Assembly: GCA_000934665.2 (NCBI GenBank) | Contig: KZ538197.1 | Coordinates: 1-64,000 of the forward strand | DNA from: Catajapyx aquilonaris | Lineage: Eukaryota | DNA length: 64,000 nt | Reading direction: 5' to 3' | In this document: piece by piece, positions 36,501 to 56,800 of the stretch | Layout: each line of letters opens with the position of its first letter | Numbering within the stretch: the stretch's first letter is position 1 | Made by a program: the position numbers and the translations under genes | Notes under the pieces: model-generated | Database searches by the model: none | Told to the model about the DNA's origin: nothing | What the model saw: only the letters and a program-made list of their open reading frames with translations

Positions 36501-39500
36501 TTTTTTTTCTTCCGAATATGGCCGATATGGGGAAGAAGCTCCTGTGATAATAGTGACTTATAAACAGTGAGTTTATTTAACTGTCACAGTTCACTTGGGG
36601 CAGAAACCACTCTGCTGTTGACCACTGTTCAGCAAAATGAAAAGTTATTGGAGGATGTTTTTATTGGACATTGGGTGTAACAGGTCATGGACTACCAAGT
36701 GCCATAGGTCAAACTGGGAGTGAAGTGATAAAATTCAGAAAGCTGAGCACAACGAAGCCATTCCATAATCTAGACCTATTGCGTGTGAAAACCTAACATC
36801 AGTCTTAATAATTACTAATTTGGCTGAACAGGCCCAAATTGTCTTCCATAAAAGTCGGGGACCATCTCGTAACTACATTTTGTTGAAAAACACATGGCTG
36901 GGAATGACTAGCTCGTGTTTGGGAAGAACCATGCAAAAATACTTAGGCATAGGAAACCAACTGGGCTTTGTGGGCAGGAACCATTTGTAACAAAAGGTTT
37001 GTAAATTGCTTTTTTGGAAATTGTGGTGCAATTGATATTTTTAAGGATGTTCATTAATCAATTCAACACTAGATATATGGTCATAAGAAAGGGCATTCAG
37101 AAAGTGGACTTGCGTTATCAGTTAAGTGACCAGAAAAATCTTGTTTCATATTCAGCTGCAATGATTTTGACTGATCATGCAATTATTGCAAAACGAGCGA
37201 GCTTCAAACAGTACATTAACGGTTCATAATATCAAGAATGTGAAAAATTATGCTACGTGAAACGTCACAACATTTTTTCTTGTCATAATGAAGTCATGTT
37301 TAAGATTTCATGCACATCTGAAGATAGAGGGTGACATCTGCTACCTGGATTGTCACAGAATTACTCGGCAGGGGCAATGCCCTGCTGGGGCCAAATTCAC
37401 AAATTAGTGCAGAGGAATTTCATAGAAATGACTGATATGCCTGTGCAAGGTTAGGCTCTCATGACATAAAGGATGTTGTTTTGTTTGTTTGTTTTGTGCT
37501 TTATTTAGACTGTCGGCCTGCAACACATGCCGCTTGCCCGACCCTCCTCCTTCTTCACATGATTACATTTACATAATTCCATTCGCATAATTCCTTTTTC
37601 AATCACCCCCTGTCTTTCCAAAATTGTTTCTCTTCTCTTTTTTACCATCCCGTAGAGATACCTGCACAGACCACCCCCTTTTTTTTTACATTCTTGACAA
37701 AGCTATACACCTCTTCATCCTCCATCTCCTCCACCGCCGGTATCCATTTCCTCCTCTCCTCCCTCATTACCCTGCAGTCCCTCACAATGTCCCCCATATT
37801 CTCCTCCCCCTCCCCACACAATAAACAGTTCTCTCTGTTTCTGACAGCCACGACCAGCTAGCCCTGCACAGTGTCCCACATCTTAGTTTCGCCAACACCT
37901 TTCATGCTTAAGTTACAGAGCATATTGCATTAAAAACTATTATTTGATTCCAATTGCAAGTGCCAGGAAAAGGTGACTTTACCTGAATTTCTCTAACTCA
38001 TGGTTCTCATTATTGAGGTATATTTATTTTCATTAATTTTATTTACCCCGTTGAGAGAGGACAGCACTCTTTTAGGGGGGTGGAACACACATTGAGGTAT
38101 ATCAAATTATTCTTTATTTCGAGGCACATAAAACCTGTTAAACACGCCTAGGAATACAAAGTGTGATTTTTCTTTCTATTTAGATTCATACCTTTACTCT
38201 GTAACAAGAATGATAATAATTATAAATTGCAAGTTCTACACCTTGACAAGTCTTAACTAGCTGCAGCACACTATCATTCCCCTGTGGTTTATTCGTATTC
38301 TAGGCATTAACTTTGTACGTTACCTTGACTCATACTTTATTCTGCACATGCTGTAAATATGGGCTGTTTCTGGCAGTGATTCATATTGTATGGGTAATAC
38401 AGTTTTGAACCTATTTTTGAACCTATTTTTCAAGCTAAGGGGAGTTTGATATTTAAGACAATAATTAAGGGTTGGTTACATGGTCGGTGGTGAATCCAGA
38501 ACAATCCCATGTTATTCATGTTCTGGATTAACTATTGATCATAGAGCCAGCATCAAGTAAGGGCCAGTTGTATGAACATGGATTGGCATTAAATATAAAG
38601 TTTGCTGTTGACATGTAGACTAACTCCATAGTTACTCTTAACTAATGTGTATACATCATCATCATCACCATCACGACATTTCCCTATAAGGGGTAGTCAG
38701 CGATGACGGGAGCCACAAGCTAACCAAAAATATTAACTAAATTAAAACTTGTAAAAATAAACCTATAAACAACCCTTCCCGCCCCCCAATAATGTGCATA
38801 CAACTGGCCCTAAATGAGCTAACAATGTCAGTCCTTTTCTATTAACCCTGTACTGCACACATTTAGGATTGTGGGAAGAAAAAAATTCTAACGCCTTTTT
38901 CTCATCATATGCGACGTAAGGATGGTTTTTATTATATTTTGGTCATCTCTGACCCAATGACTTTGAAGTTACACCGGGTGAGTCAAAAGTCATGGCGAAT
39001 ATTTTTTTATTCAAAAATGGTAACACATACAGAGATGACCTTTGCTAAGTTTTGAAGGTCCAGCGATCACAATTTCATCTGATAAATAGATGGCATCCAT
39101 ATCGCAAAGGGGACCAGAAAACTAAAGGCGATCATAACCCCCACCCTTCCACCGTCTCATGCAGCTCAGGGTGGGGGGTCACGATCCCCTTTCGTTTACC
39201 GGCTCCCCGTGAGATCTCGGGTCTATCTATTTATCAGATGAAATTGTAATCGCCGGACCTTAAAAACGTAGTAATGGTCATATCTGTAAATGTTTCCGTT
39301 TTTGAATAAAAATAGTACAATGACTTGGGACTCAAGCCTCAAGCAATATTGCGCCTGCGCCGCCAAAAAATTGTGATGAAATTGTGCTGGCAAAATTCGA
39401 ATGGCCTCAAATGGCGACGAGAGAGCTACTCTTGCAGTGTTACACATGCAATTGGATATTTAATATCTGCACCTATATCTAATCAGCTCCAGAAACAATT

Positions 39501-40656
39501 GCTGCTTCAGCAAATTCAAAATTTCGCGCCATTTTCAATGATCTTGGCTCCTCTCCGCTTCATACCTCATCCCGATCGTAACATTGTCGACATTGCATGT
39601 CATCTAGCGGAAGCTAACAAACTAATTGTGACATCAAGCCACACTGTGGTTTCCAGGACCAATGTTGAAGCTTATGGCGCCTGCGTAAATTAATTGGTGC
39701 CCTCAGGCAACAATGCCCGCTACAGGGTTAAACTGACTAAAAAATACTTTTAAAATTTTTAGTGTAATAGAGCACAATGTAATCTTATCACGCACATTTC
39801 TGGCTTGCCGTCGATACATTCGCGAAGTAATTCGGATTATAAACAGCCAAGATAACAGGTGTGTGCAATTAACTTAATCATGATTACAGAAGTGGTGATC
39901 TCAATGTTTCAAATATATCATTAGATAGACAAAGATGTGCACTATCCAGGGTTCACAGGTGGATTTTTTTGGCCTCCTGAAAGTGTCATAAAAAATTCAC
40001 TTTGCAGTGTAACGTCGGCAACTAGTCAAAAAATGACACTTTTCCGCCTTCTTTTTACGATAAAAAATTAGAGACTGACGATAGGAAAACAATCTCACAT
40101 ATATGTAACGTGGATTTAAACAAGCTTTCTAATGATACGTACCATATTTTTATATATATATAATTTGCCTGGGAGTTGTTTAAAGTCAAACACAGGGCTC
40201 TATATTAAAAAGACTGATAGTAGTGACCATGAGAAAGTTTAAGGGAGAATCCTGATCAGAGCAGAGGCAGGTTGCTAGCACACTTGAGCAGGAAGATGAA
40301 AAATGCATCAAGATATTGGTTCAGTGTAATTAATTGAATTTACATCATCCTTCATTTACAGGCAGAGGCTACCTAGCGTTCCTGCACAGCCAATAAACCG
40401 AAAGCAGCTGACCTCAGTGATGGCTAAATACCGGTCTCTAGGTTGGACAGGAACCTGCACGGATACAGCAAGGAAGTAAGATTAAGATTTCCATGAGCGT
40501 ACTGTCATAATGAAGAGGTGGTAACTGAGCCGTTCTGTGTTTTTCAGGACTGCTCAAGATCTGCGCTACATGCAGATGATGCACTCTCGACAAATGCTTA
40601 AGCGTGAAGTGAAGGCCAACAAGTTGAAGGTACGCCGTTCACAGATTGGCTTCTAA
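33583..40656 (+). CDS. ZNF622: Zinc finger protein 622 / Rei1-like pre-60S maturation factor (365 aa, 3 coding exons)
   Basis: Exons 33583-34457, 40362-40475 and 40548-40656 (1098 nt, GT-AG, in frame). Motifs YTCYTC..QRDHYKTDWHNYNLKRKIADLPPV, CEACKKSF..HLQSKKH, CLFC..HMSIEHSFFVPDLEYLVD, CLWCN..HMLDKGHCK, ELVLPSGKSVVHRDLMRYYRQ, KYRSLGW. AATAAA at 40725. Confidence 0.93.
34531..35666 (-). mobile_element. Head-to-tail pair of non-autonomous Helitron-like elements
   Basis: Two ~540-600 bp units with a junction near 35070. Minus-strand 5' TCTAATATATATAAAGCC, GC-rich subterminal hairpins, 3' CTAA. CpG-rich within a CpG-poor intron. Confidence 0.65.
35941..36260. mobile_element. PIF/Harbinger-type MITE with internal palindrome
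   Basis: AGGCCAGTT..AACTGGCCT ends; inner fold-back ~36090-36228. Confidence 0.55.
37475..37850 (-). mobile_element. 3' fragment of a non-LTR retrotransposon
   Basis: Degenerate C-terminal zinc knuckle CLLCGEGEENMGDIVRDC, then AATAAA and an (AAAC)n tail. Confidence 0.55.
38561..38810. mobile_element. PIF/Harbinger-type MITE with TAA TSD, carrying a retroposon tail
   Basis: TAA-GGGCCAGTTGTATG..CATACAACTGGCCC-TAA. A related element lies at ~11325-11450. Confidence 0.7.
38846..39727. mobile_element. piggyBac-type non-autonomous element with nested palindromic MITE (~38970-39335)
   Basis: TTAA-CCCTGTA...TACAGGG-TTAA. The nested element begins TACACCGGGTGAGTC and has ~110-bp inverted arms. Confidence 0.65.
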
Positions 40657-42570
40657 GTAAGGTTTTTGTTAATTGTTCACACTGAAGACAACAGCTGTTA
40701 AGTTGCATCCAAATGTGCATGGGTAATAAAAGTGAAGGCATAATTCCATATTATTTTCTTGATTTTATTACAGAACTGCATACAATACTGTGACAAAGAT
40801 CTACCTAAAGCAATCATATCTGTACATTATCTGAGGCACTTGGAAAGGGTACTTGGCAAAGGTGAGAGAGTCTTGCTGCACAAATCTTTGAGCTTGTGAC
40901 TCACAAGCAACTTAACAGAATTTGTGCAGCATGTTGTGCATGGTTATTGTATTGTGCAAAATTCTCAAAATGTAGGGTATAGACAGTCGGACAGGATCAA
41001 TTGTGTGATATGTTTGCACAAGTTCCCCTTAATACTTTGCAAGGCACTAGTACAACACAGAGCTTGCATTTCTGTATAAAAAATAGACATAAGCAATGCT
41101 CTGCTCTCATGCTTTTTTATTTCTTTCCATTCTCACTAGTAATAATAATTCAATAGACAAAAGTTGCACGCAACTTGTCCAGTCTCCTCAACATCATATA
41201 ATTCTGCATAAGAAATTCCCTCGTTTGTATGATAGGGATACCTCTGCATATTATTAGCCTACAGTGTCTTGGATATTAGTTCATGGATAGCTTTTGCTTG
41301 TGAACACTAGACAGGCTAACTGTGGCACACAGTCGAAATATTTATACTCCATTATTACTGGGTGAATTTTGAAATTTTGGTCCGATATATTCACATTTAT
41401 GTGGCCTAGTTTAAAAATGGGTACAAAATGTTGGCAAGACACTTAACATTGGCACCAATGTTATCACTTCATTCTGCAGTCTACCAATTTTTTTCAATTC
41501 TAAAACCTTGAGAATGGGAAGATGATGCCGAACATGTTAAACCATATTTTGAGTTGAAGCAACGGTCTCGTTGCGTGGCTTAATAAATTATAGCAAATAT
41601 ACACACAAACCTGTACTTACACCACACACACGGTCACATAACATATATTTATAAATATATTACACAGTACAAAAAGTTTATGATTGAAACTAAGATGCAG
41701 CATGAGAGATCATCTTGATGCGAACATCTGTTTCCCCGAGATGCTACAGTAACTTTAGGTACAAGGTTCAGCCTGCAAAAGGCTTGCTGTACTCGGGAAG
41801 ACATGTAGACATTTCAACACTATGAATGAGCTGCCTGCTTATTGCTACACAAACACACACACACACACACCCATGCACTCTCGGAAGAAATAAGAAGTGT
41901 ACTCCTTTTGTGGATCAGTCACTCATTTTTTCACCACAACCAATTGGTAAGGATGGCTGGAATGAATCAGGAATTGGAGTGCACCTATTGGAATAGTTTC
42001 ACATATTTATGTATTGAACAAGGTGAAAATATCACATGGAACCTGTTGTCATATGTGCAGGCTTTCCCAATTTGGTGGTGGTGTGGGTAGTTCATTTTTG
42101 GAAGCATTGCAATTGCTTTGGCACTGGTAGACAGCTGCTTTTCATACTTTAAAAACTATACAGTGCTTGTCACCCTTATGAATACTTCATGAGCTGTGAT
42201 ACTTGCAGCTAACTGTTGCACTGACTTGGAAGGCTTGTGTGTGCCAAGTAGTACGCAACTTGTCTCGGCAACTAAATTACTGGAATCTACTTGAACTTTT
42301 AAACAAGTGACATCAAGCCAGTGATCTTGGCTTTGTCTCTCGTCATTGTTAATTAAGCACCAAACTACCTAATAGCCTTCTAGCAAGTGCACGTTTACTG
42401 AGCCAACAGTCACCTTCAAGAAGTTCTCACAAGGATACGACATTACACAAAATCAATCACAGACGTGCAGCCAGTAGGGGGGTTCCTGTGACATACACAA
42501 CAAATAAGGAAAAAGCAATACACCGACACACAACCAAGCACACGGGTTCCTTCACTCTGTACACTTGTCA

Positions 42571-48673
<6,103 letters not shown>

Positions 48674-51600
48674 CTGCAATAAAGAAATACAATTATTACT
48701 AATGCTCCGACAACAGGCCTCGACACCACTGGGGCTATGATCCCATGCGTGTTTGTGCACGCTGGCTTGAGATACACAATGAATACACATGCCAAATATC
48801 CTTCCGAACTATTAATAATGTAAATGCACCCTCGACAGCTTATTGTTCCCCGAGTCGCTTCATCTTTTTCCTATACCACATGAAATAATTTCCAGTCATA
48901 TAAAGCGTGGGCTTTGCACAATGGCACCCAACATGTGCACTGCCCATACAAAATTGCTAATCCTGTACCGGTACCCCCAGAGTCCACCATCATTCATTCA
49001 ACTCTGTCATGCAGTGTTGAACTTTTCCCACCACGTTCCGCGGTCTCTCAAGCCAATTACTCACTATCCTGGAATGCCCGCAACCTTGCTCACACCACAA
49101 CATATCTCCGGATAATTAGCGCAAAACGCCATCACCATAAGTTTTACATCCTCACTAGTACCCGATCTGAATTTCGATACTACATTCATGCGCCCACGTA
49201 CGACTCAATAACGACGGGCTTATTAAGAAAAGAAAAAGAAGTCGGCATTGAAAGAGCGCCTTACACGTGCGGAACCCTCTGTCGTGAATTCCTGTCATAC
49301 CCTCAGTTGCCAGTCATGATGCCTTATCTTTTTTTTTTTTTCGAAACGAGGTGACATCCAGGCATGGAAGCTGCCCATCGCGATCGACAACCAGGTCATT
49401 TTTCAGTCCGCCGCCTGAACGAATGACGCCATGAATGGAGCCAAGACTGAAATATCCACATCTGTCATGTCTATGCCTACTAGCAGCCTCCCAAATCGCA
49501 TTCTACACTCTCAGAATTTAAAACCACAACCGGTGAGTTATCTATTTTTGCAGGGTGTTCGTCTTTCACGCTTCATTGAGGTATTTTATTGCTATGCTAA
49601 TGCAAGTGCCAGTGTAGTCCCCCTAGTGGTTGAATCGGACCTCATGCTATGGACATGAGGGTAGGGGCATAAATTCGAGTTTCATTGCAATGCGACCTGC
49701 CCTGGTCACAAATGTTCGGCTAGAGGGGGGTGCCCCATTAGGAAACAAATTAAAGGACCCCCTCACATCCAGTAAGCTCTATTTATGCTTATACCAGCCG
49801 GAATTGATAAGTAATGACCGTGAGGTACACCCGACTTTTTTTTGACTGATTTTTAGTGAAGCTCCTGATGGTAACCCGGCTGTCACGCTTATGAGACCAT
49901 GATTGTGACCTAACATCGTCGCAAAAACAGTCGAGGACATGGCCCCCCAAAAAACCGCCACATGTTCCACTCATAGAGACCCAGGAGCGCTCTTTTTTTC
50001 TCTCTTCTGTTTTATCCCCACTCGACGGGAGCACTGCTGCAGGATAATCGGGGTCGCAGATGAAAGGCGTTCCCTAGTGACCTCGGTCACCTCGGTTTCC
50101 TCTACTCCAGCCCCCAGTCGCCACAGCACAGGCCCACTGACAAATGGCCGGACTCCCCGAATGTCTCCAACTTGGCCATCAGCGCTCATTTGGCCCGGAC
50201 TCCCGGGGATTCCTCGTTGGAAGGGGTCTGATAGACACGGGGAATCCACTCTAGGGCATATGCTGCTCTCTTTGGCATAGCACTGACTCATGTATAGTGC
50301 GGCCATTTTTTACCCCCTTTCTGCGAATGGGATTCACAATGGGAGAAGAATTAATTACGAATTAGTTGAAACGATTCAACCAATCGTCATGATCGGAGGG
50401 GAGGAGTGGAATAAATGGTGGAGTGCTAGGGGACTTTTAACTTGGTTCACTACAACTGGCATTTGAGTGCTTTTATTGGGGGCTATTTGTCAGGTGTAGC
50501 TTACACTTGTTGCTGTTCAATGTGTGCTCTCCCACACTCAATATCAACTTTGAATGGAACACAAATTTTGCGATAAATGTTCTAGTCATATGAGCTTCAA
50601 GAGCTTCAAGATCACTCCAATAATAGTCTGCTATTAGTGGACTTGACCAAACCCACTAATAGCAGTAAATTATAAGAATGGATCTGTCAGTGTTAAGACG
50701 AGTCTGCCTAATACAATTCATGTCATAAACATCGCATAATTACAAATCTGCTGCTATAATTTTCACAGCGGCATTAACTGGCGTCTGAGACTACCCCATC
50801 ATAATAAACGGGACGGCCTTTAAATATTTTTGTACCAAATTTTCAGAAGAGCCACGCCCAAAAGTTAACGCTCCCTCCCTGGTTTTATCCTCTAAAATAA
50901 AGAGACAATTTCTACAAGACGATTTATAGTTACATGCCTCTTTTTTTTTTTTCAAAAAAGAAAAACAATAAGTTCCTCTTTATGGGCGGACCATAACGAC
51001 CACTTAGGTACAGTACTTATTGGAAATCCCATTTGATGTTATCATTTGCTACCCTCGTGTCGACCTTGGATTACCCCCTACCCCCTCCCTTAAAAAAAAG
51101 TTCCCCCCTCCCCTCCCTTGCCTTTTGGTGCGGGACAAAACACCGACCTAAGATCAGCCCGACAATCACTCCCTCTTCGATTAATTTAATCCCCATTCCC
51201 CCGCTTTTTCGGAGCTCAACCCCCAGATTTACGACCTGGATGGATAAAAAGAGGGCTCTTAATACCCCCTCACCCATTAGTGTAGCCCCACTCTACTACC
51301 CCCCACCTCACTATTTTTTTGTATCTTTTTAGAAGCAGCCCCATGTGTGTCCAGTTGTACAAGCAGGCCAGGAGGCATCTTCGTGCTTCCCATAAATTAC
51401 TAGCATCCCCCTGAGCGGCCATAATCCTTAGAGTATCTGATATCTGGCCAAAAATCTCCGGGTGTCACCAGGTTCTTCAATATGGACAGTACTCAGCGTC
51501 ATCTACTGGCTCTATGTGCCAAAAACTGAATAATATTCGGCGCCATCTACTGTCTCCATGTGCCAAAAACTGGACCTTGAAGCTATTAGCCATCATATTC

Positions 51601-53800
51601 TTTTTTTTTGGGGGGGGGGGAGGCCCTTCCTTCGTATCCCCCCATCAAAATTCCTGCCTCATTGTCGTGAGCTCCAAGGAACTGAAGAATTCAATCCTCG
51701 CGCCGAGCATTTACTTTCTTAGCCTCCCTTCACCCCCTCCCACCTCCATCCCCCTTGCCCTCCTTGGAAAGCAGAAGAGGCGGCCCACGCCAAAGAATCA
51801 CATGATTGGCGTCAGTCTCTCGTTGATTCTGTCCGCTGCCTTATTACGGCCTCCCCGGCGGTGACACAGCGTCTCTGCCTCAACAAGTTCACATGGTCTG
51901 AGACAGGTGCTGTGACTTAGCACATGGCAACCTATGGCTACAATGTTGGCAGCGCGACCCGCATGGTACCGCTGCTGCAAACCGGATTAAGAAGTGCTAA
52001 TCCACTGAGTGGATTTCAGGATTTGGGGAGTTGCTAAGCTCTACTATATTTACTTCTTATTGGTGACAAAGCTTGTGGACAAAATGTGACAAATAGGGTT
52101 AAATGTGATATAGCCAAAAATGAGTCCACCGTACTTTTTGGTGTAGTGTAAGGTGTAGTGTGAAAAGTCTTCCCCTCCGTCACGATGAGAGGTTTGGTGC
52201 CAGCTCTTCCCCTCCTCCCCCTACCGTCCTTCGCAGGTTTGTAAACACTACAAGAGAGGCTTCAGAACAGGCGGCCATGAGATTTAAAAAAAAATTATAT
52301 ATATCTAAAGGAGTGGACTTTTGTAAGGCGGTATGACCTGCAAAGCTCTCTCTAGCGCCTTTGTGATTGGCATAATGAAGGAGGGGAAAACGTCATGGTT
52401 TCTCTATAAGGCGTCGTGGCCGGCGAATCCACGTTGGAAGAGATACATGAGCGACTTTGTACAATAGAAGCTGCTACACGTGCAACTATGTTCGAACATT
52501 GCAGTTGCATTCAGTTGAGGTTACGTGAATCTCAAATGTAGTCAACATAATGATTGCCCTATAAAAAGGGAGAATTTTACATCCGGTATGGAATTATCAC
52601 CCTATCATTTGATTAGCAAGGGACGAAATAACCTATTGTCTCTGGGGAAGCTATTAAACAAGTGTAAACATCATTGTTCCTGGAGATGTTGATGTTGTTC
52701 CTCTCACTGTTTTGCAGCAAGAGTGTGAAACAAAACACCGAATCCGCCTAAAATGGGGCAATACCAAATCTCAGCATGGTGTCAACTACCGGGCCACTAT
52801 ACATATTATATCCCAGTCTTCTACCTCCATTTATTTTTATTTTCCAAGAATGCATCACCAGAGAAGTGGAACATGACGGCAGGGGCTACAAGGTTATATT
52901 TCCCTGTTACACAATCCATCTCTGTTCTACCCAATTTTCTAGGGAGGCTCACCTCCTGCTGATCCTGAGTCGGAGCAGGCCCACCATAAAGGAAGGCTAC
53001 CTGTGACCAGTCCTCTTTTTTTCAGGTAAACCAGCATGCACATTACGCCAACTTTTCTCTCTAGATAGTCTAGAAAAACTGCTGGTGCAGAAAATTGCAC
53101 TTTCTAGCCATCCCACACTTTTGTTTGATGGCCACATTTGATTAGGTCATTATCAAAACTAGGCTGTTTCATAACGAATCTTCAGAAAACACGAACTTCA
53201 TACTTGGCGAGTTTTATCACAGCCCAGGTGGCATTGCCCAGTTGGTGGTGGTGGTGTGGTGGGCTTGACCATATTTTGAAACTTTCCCTATGTAGCATTT
53301 GGCTATCCAATAATGACAACATTCTCATTTTGCGAAATTTTCGAAGATAGCCTGATTTTGATAATGACCTACTCATTGGGATCACGCAAGATGGAGCCAC
53401 AGGTGCCAACCCTTACTGATGGCGATATATAGAAGGGTATGTGGGTGGGATGGTGTGGGGTTTGGGGGGGGGGGNGGGAAGAACTCACGTTGTGATGACC
53501 AGAAAGCCCTTTGGCCCCGCCTCCGTGCATGTTTACGGGGAGGCTCAGGAGCGAAGAATTAGAGAAAAAAAAAAGTGAGTGGATGGGAGTAAAGGTAGGT
53601 GGGAGGTGGGGGCTGGAGTGGAGAAAAGGAATTTTCATCTTGCAGGTTGCCCAGACGAAAAGCCCCCGACACCCTCAAGCGAGGCTACTGAAACGGTGGG
53701 GGCCCCTTCGGGGCAACACCGTGCAGGTGCCAACCTTCTTTTGGCTAGCGGCGGTTTTTCACATTTTTAGAGAAAAAGGGCGGTTCAAACACTATGAGGA

Positions 53801-53864
<64 letters not shown>

Positions 53865-53886
53865 TTATTATTATTATTATTATTAT
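53801..53886. repeat. (ATT)n microsatellite followed by a minus-strand tRNA-SINE remnant (to ~54035)
   Basis: Trinucleotide run; GGATCGAACCTGGGACCTCC (reverse B box) near 53980. Confidence 0.85.
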
Positions 53887-56800
53887 GAGACAGAGATAAG
53901 GATGTTCATTGCAGGCTATGCCCTATTTTTTTTGTAACATTTCAGGATTTTACTCAACATAAAAGCCTGGACCAGGTACGGATCGAACCTGGGACCTCCC
54001 AAGTGAGAATCTACCTCCTAATCCACTTGGCTACTAGTATAGACCACAAGAATCAACAGTGTTCCAGCAATATGCCCCTGGAATTAATTCCACCCCATAA
54101 ATATATAAGCCAGGCGCCAGCATAATGATTGTAGTCTCGCTGACTATCGTTTCATCTCAGAAATGAGGGGCAATCACAGGGAATTTAATCTTGGGCCCTG
54201 CCCACACTGTTGCCTGTCCATATCAGCTGGCGTTCGAGCTGGCACCACAATACCCCGACTTACCTAAACAATCTAATGATAACAGCATAACCCGCCATAG
54301 ATAAGCCAACTCTGTTCAGAACCTGTATTCACCACTATATTGTACACAACGTCAAATGATGAATGATAAATTAAATCCTCATCTGCATCGACATCACTCT
54401 TACGACTGACCCACTCCCAGACACAGCCAATGGCTCCGAAACACACGTCACGTCCGGAAAGGTGCTATAGTGTCCGCGTGACATTCCACTGGGCCCGGCC
54501 AAAACATCGGTCCAGGAATTTCCAGTCGTGACACAAATCTCAGCCTGGCCGAAGGAAATCAAGAATTCAGTACCGCCAACGACTGAAAAGACCTCCCTAT
54601 GGGACACCCCCCCTATTCCTACAGGACCCCCTCTATTTTTTGTACGCATGCCCTCATTAACTAGCTATTCATTTCTCTCCTAATGTCTTCAACCACTTTG
54701 CCTTACTGGACTATGTATCCAGTCAGTTGTCTCCTCTCTTTTCTTTATTTTTCTTTTGCACATGGCTAGATTTATCCGGAGGATTTATGTTGCCCATTAA
54801 GCTGCGGGTCCACATCTGAAAAAAAGTGGGGCCAGTTCCGTCCCAGCCATAATGACCTGTGACCTGCGTTGCCATGCTGTAGTAAACCAAGTTATCTGCC
54901 GTCCAGTCTTCTGCGGTTGCTGCAAGTTTAGAAGAAAGGAAAGTGGCCCCTTGTGATTAGGTTACACGAACCACAGTAGGGTTCTGTTTCGAACTAATTG
55001 CTATAGGAATACAAGCGGCTAGAGTAAACTTCACTGCTCCAAGAGCCATAAATTGCAGTTTCCCTGTCAAAAAAAGGAGTTAAAAGTCATACTAGATAAT
55101 TATGTAAGTCGAGACGGTCTTTAACAATGGGGGTCTTTAGAAGGCAGCATCATTTCACTTGCAAAGTAAACCTCTGCGGATTTATGAGCGCCAATATGAA
55201 AGAGTTGAATGTTATGTTTGTGAATGGTAACAGTATATTAAAAATATTGTAGCGTATCTGAACACCGATGTATCTTTTAGACTCATAATTTTTCTAACCC
55301 TATAACACATACTTTGTGCGATATAAAGGACTTCTTTGTGCAAAAAATCCAGAATGAAAACTTGCCCAATAAAATGTTACTTTCAAAAAGTAAGCTCCGA
55401 GCGGGTAAGCTCTTTCTGACAATACTAATGCGAATAATTGCTATCACCTGTTCTCGAGTGAAGATGAAATTGAAACTGAAAATAAGCATAGTTGAGGCTA
55501 GTAATTTTTTATGGAAGTACAGTATCTGAAGGGTGTCGGTTTATGAAATGTAGAATACGTAACATAATCAACGCTGCATTCAATGTTTAAAAAAAGTGTC
55601 GAGTCAGCGTCATAATGACTTAGGGTACTATAGTAACTGACTGCAAATACCATGAGATAGTAGGCCCCTACTTCAAAAATACTGTATTATTCACTAATAA
55701 CAGGTAGAAACGAATAGTTATATCTTGTGGTTAGTAAACACAGCAGTATATTGCATGGAGTAGCCTATACAGTGCGCTGCATATTACTGCTGGGAGAAAA
55801 CAGTCATATTACTCTTATTGACTGCTGACAGGTTTCGATAATAATGGGTAATCATTAGTATTTCTGTAAACTCATCTCTGCAAAAGGCGTGCAGAAAGCA
55901 AATGCTTAAAACAAGGAAGTGTTTAGTTTATGGGCAAGAGACCCACACGCGCCCACTGACCTGACCTAACATAACAGCCATCGATGTCCTCCCCTACGGC
56001 TCTAACTCAGCAAGTTTGAGATACCAGCAGACTCCAATAATCCGTCTGTCTCCCCTCCGGCCCTTCTTGACTAAACCCCCCAAAATTTATTGTCTTCCAT
56101 ATTCAAAGCTACTCTCATGTCGATATAATTTAAAACGAAGTCTGTCGATAATATATTTACAAGTTTTCAACCGCATTATGCAAATGGCTCAAACCAAAAA
56201 CAAACAACGAGTATCAATTTACTAATTGATAGGCAATATCTGAGAAAAGCGACTCCACCGACTAGGTAAAAATCAGATTAGAGCCCCCAAACTTTTGCCG
56301 CCTACTAAACCACCGCTTTTTCCCCTGACGACTTTCAAAAAAATGTACAAAAAAATGAAGAAGCGCGGCAAACACCTTTCTTTTTCTCCCCTTCTCCCAC
56401 CTCCCCACCATAGTATCCAGTAATCCAAAGCATCCCACCCCGGTAGCCCCTCCTGGGCGTTCCCATTCGGTTCCCACAGGGGCCAACCCCAATTATCTTT
56501 TACTCTAGTCCCGCTAAGATTGGGAGCCTTCGGGTTTATAACTAACGTCGTAAGAAAAAAAAAAGGGTCTGGCCATAAAAAATACTTGAACTCCCAAAAA
56601 AAAATATTCTAGGAACTCAATTCGCGATACCATAATTAATCTAATTTCACGTGTGGAGATTCATGTATGAGAGAGTTAGGGGGTTGTTGGGGAGGTAGGA
56701 TGGAGGGAAGGGGAGGGGGGGGGGTGACACATCCCTCCCTATTCCCTCCATGCACTCCCCTGATCCTCCTCCCACCACCGCCTGGGCCCCACCCTGAGAA

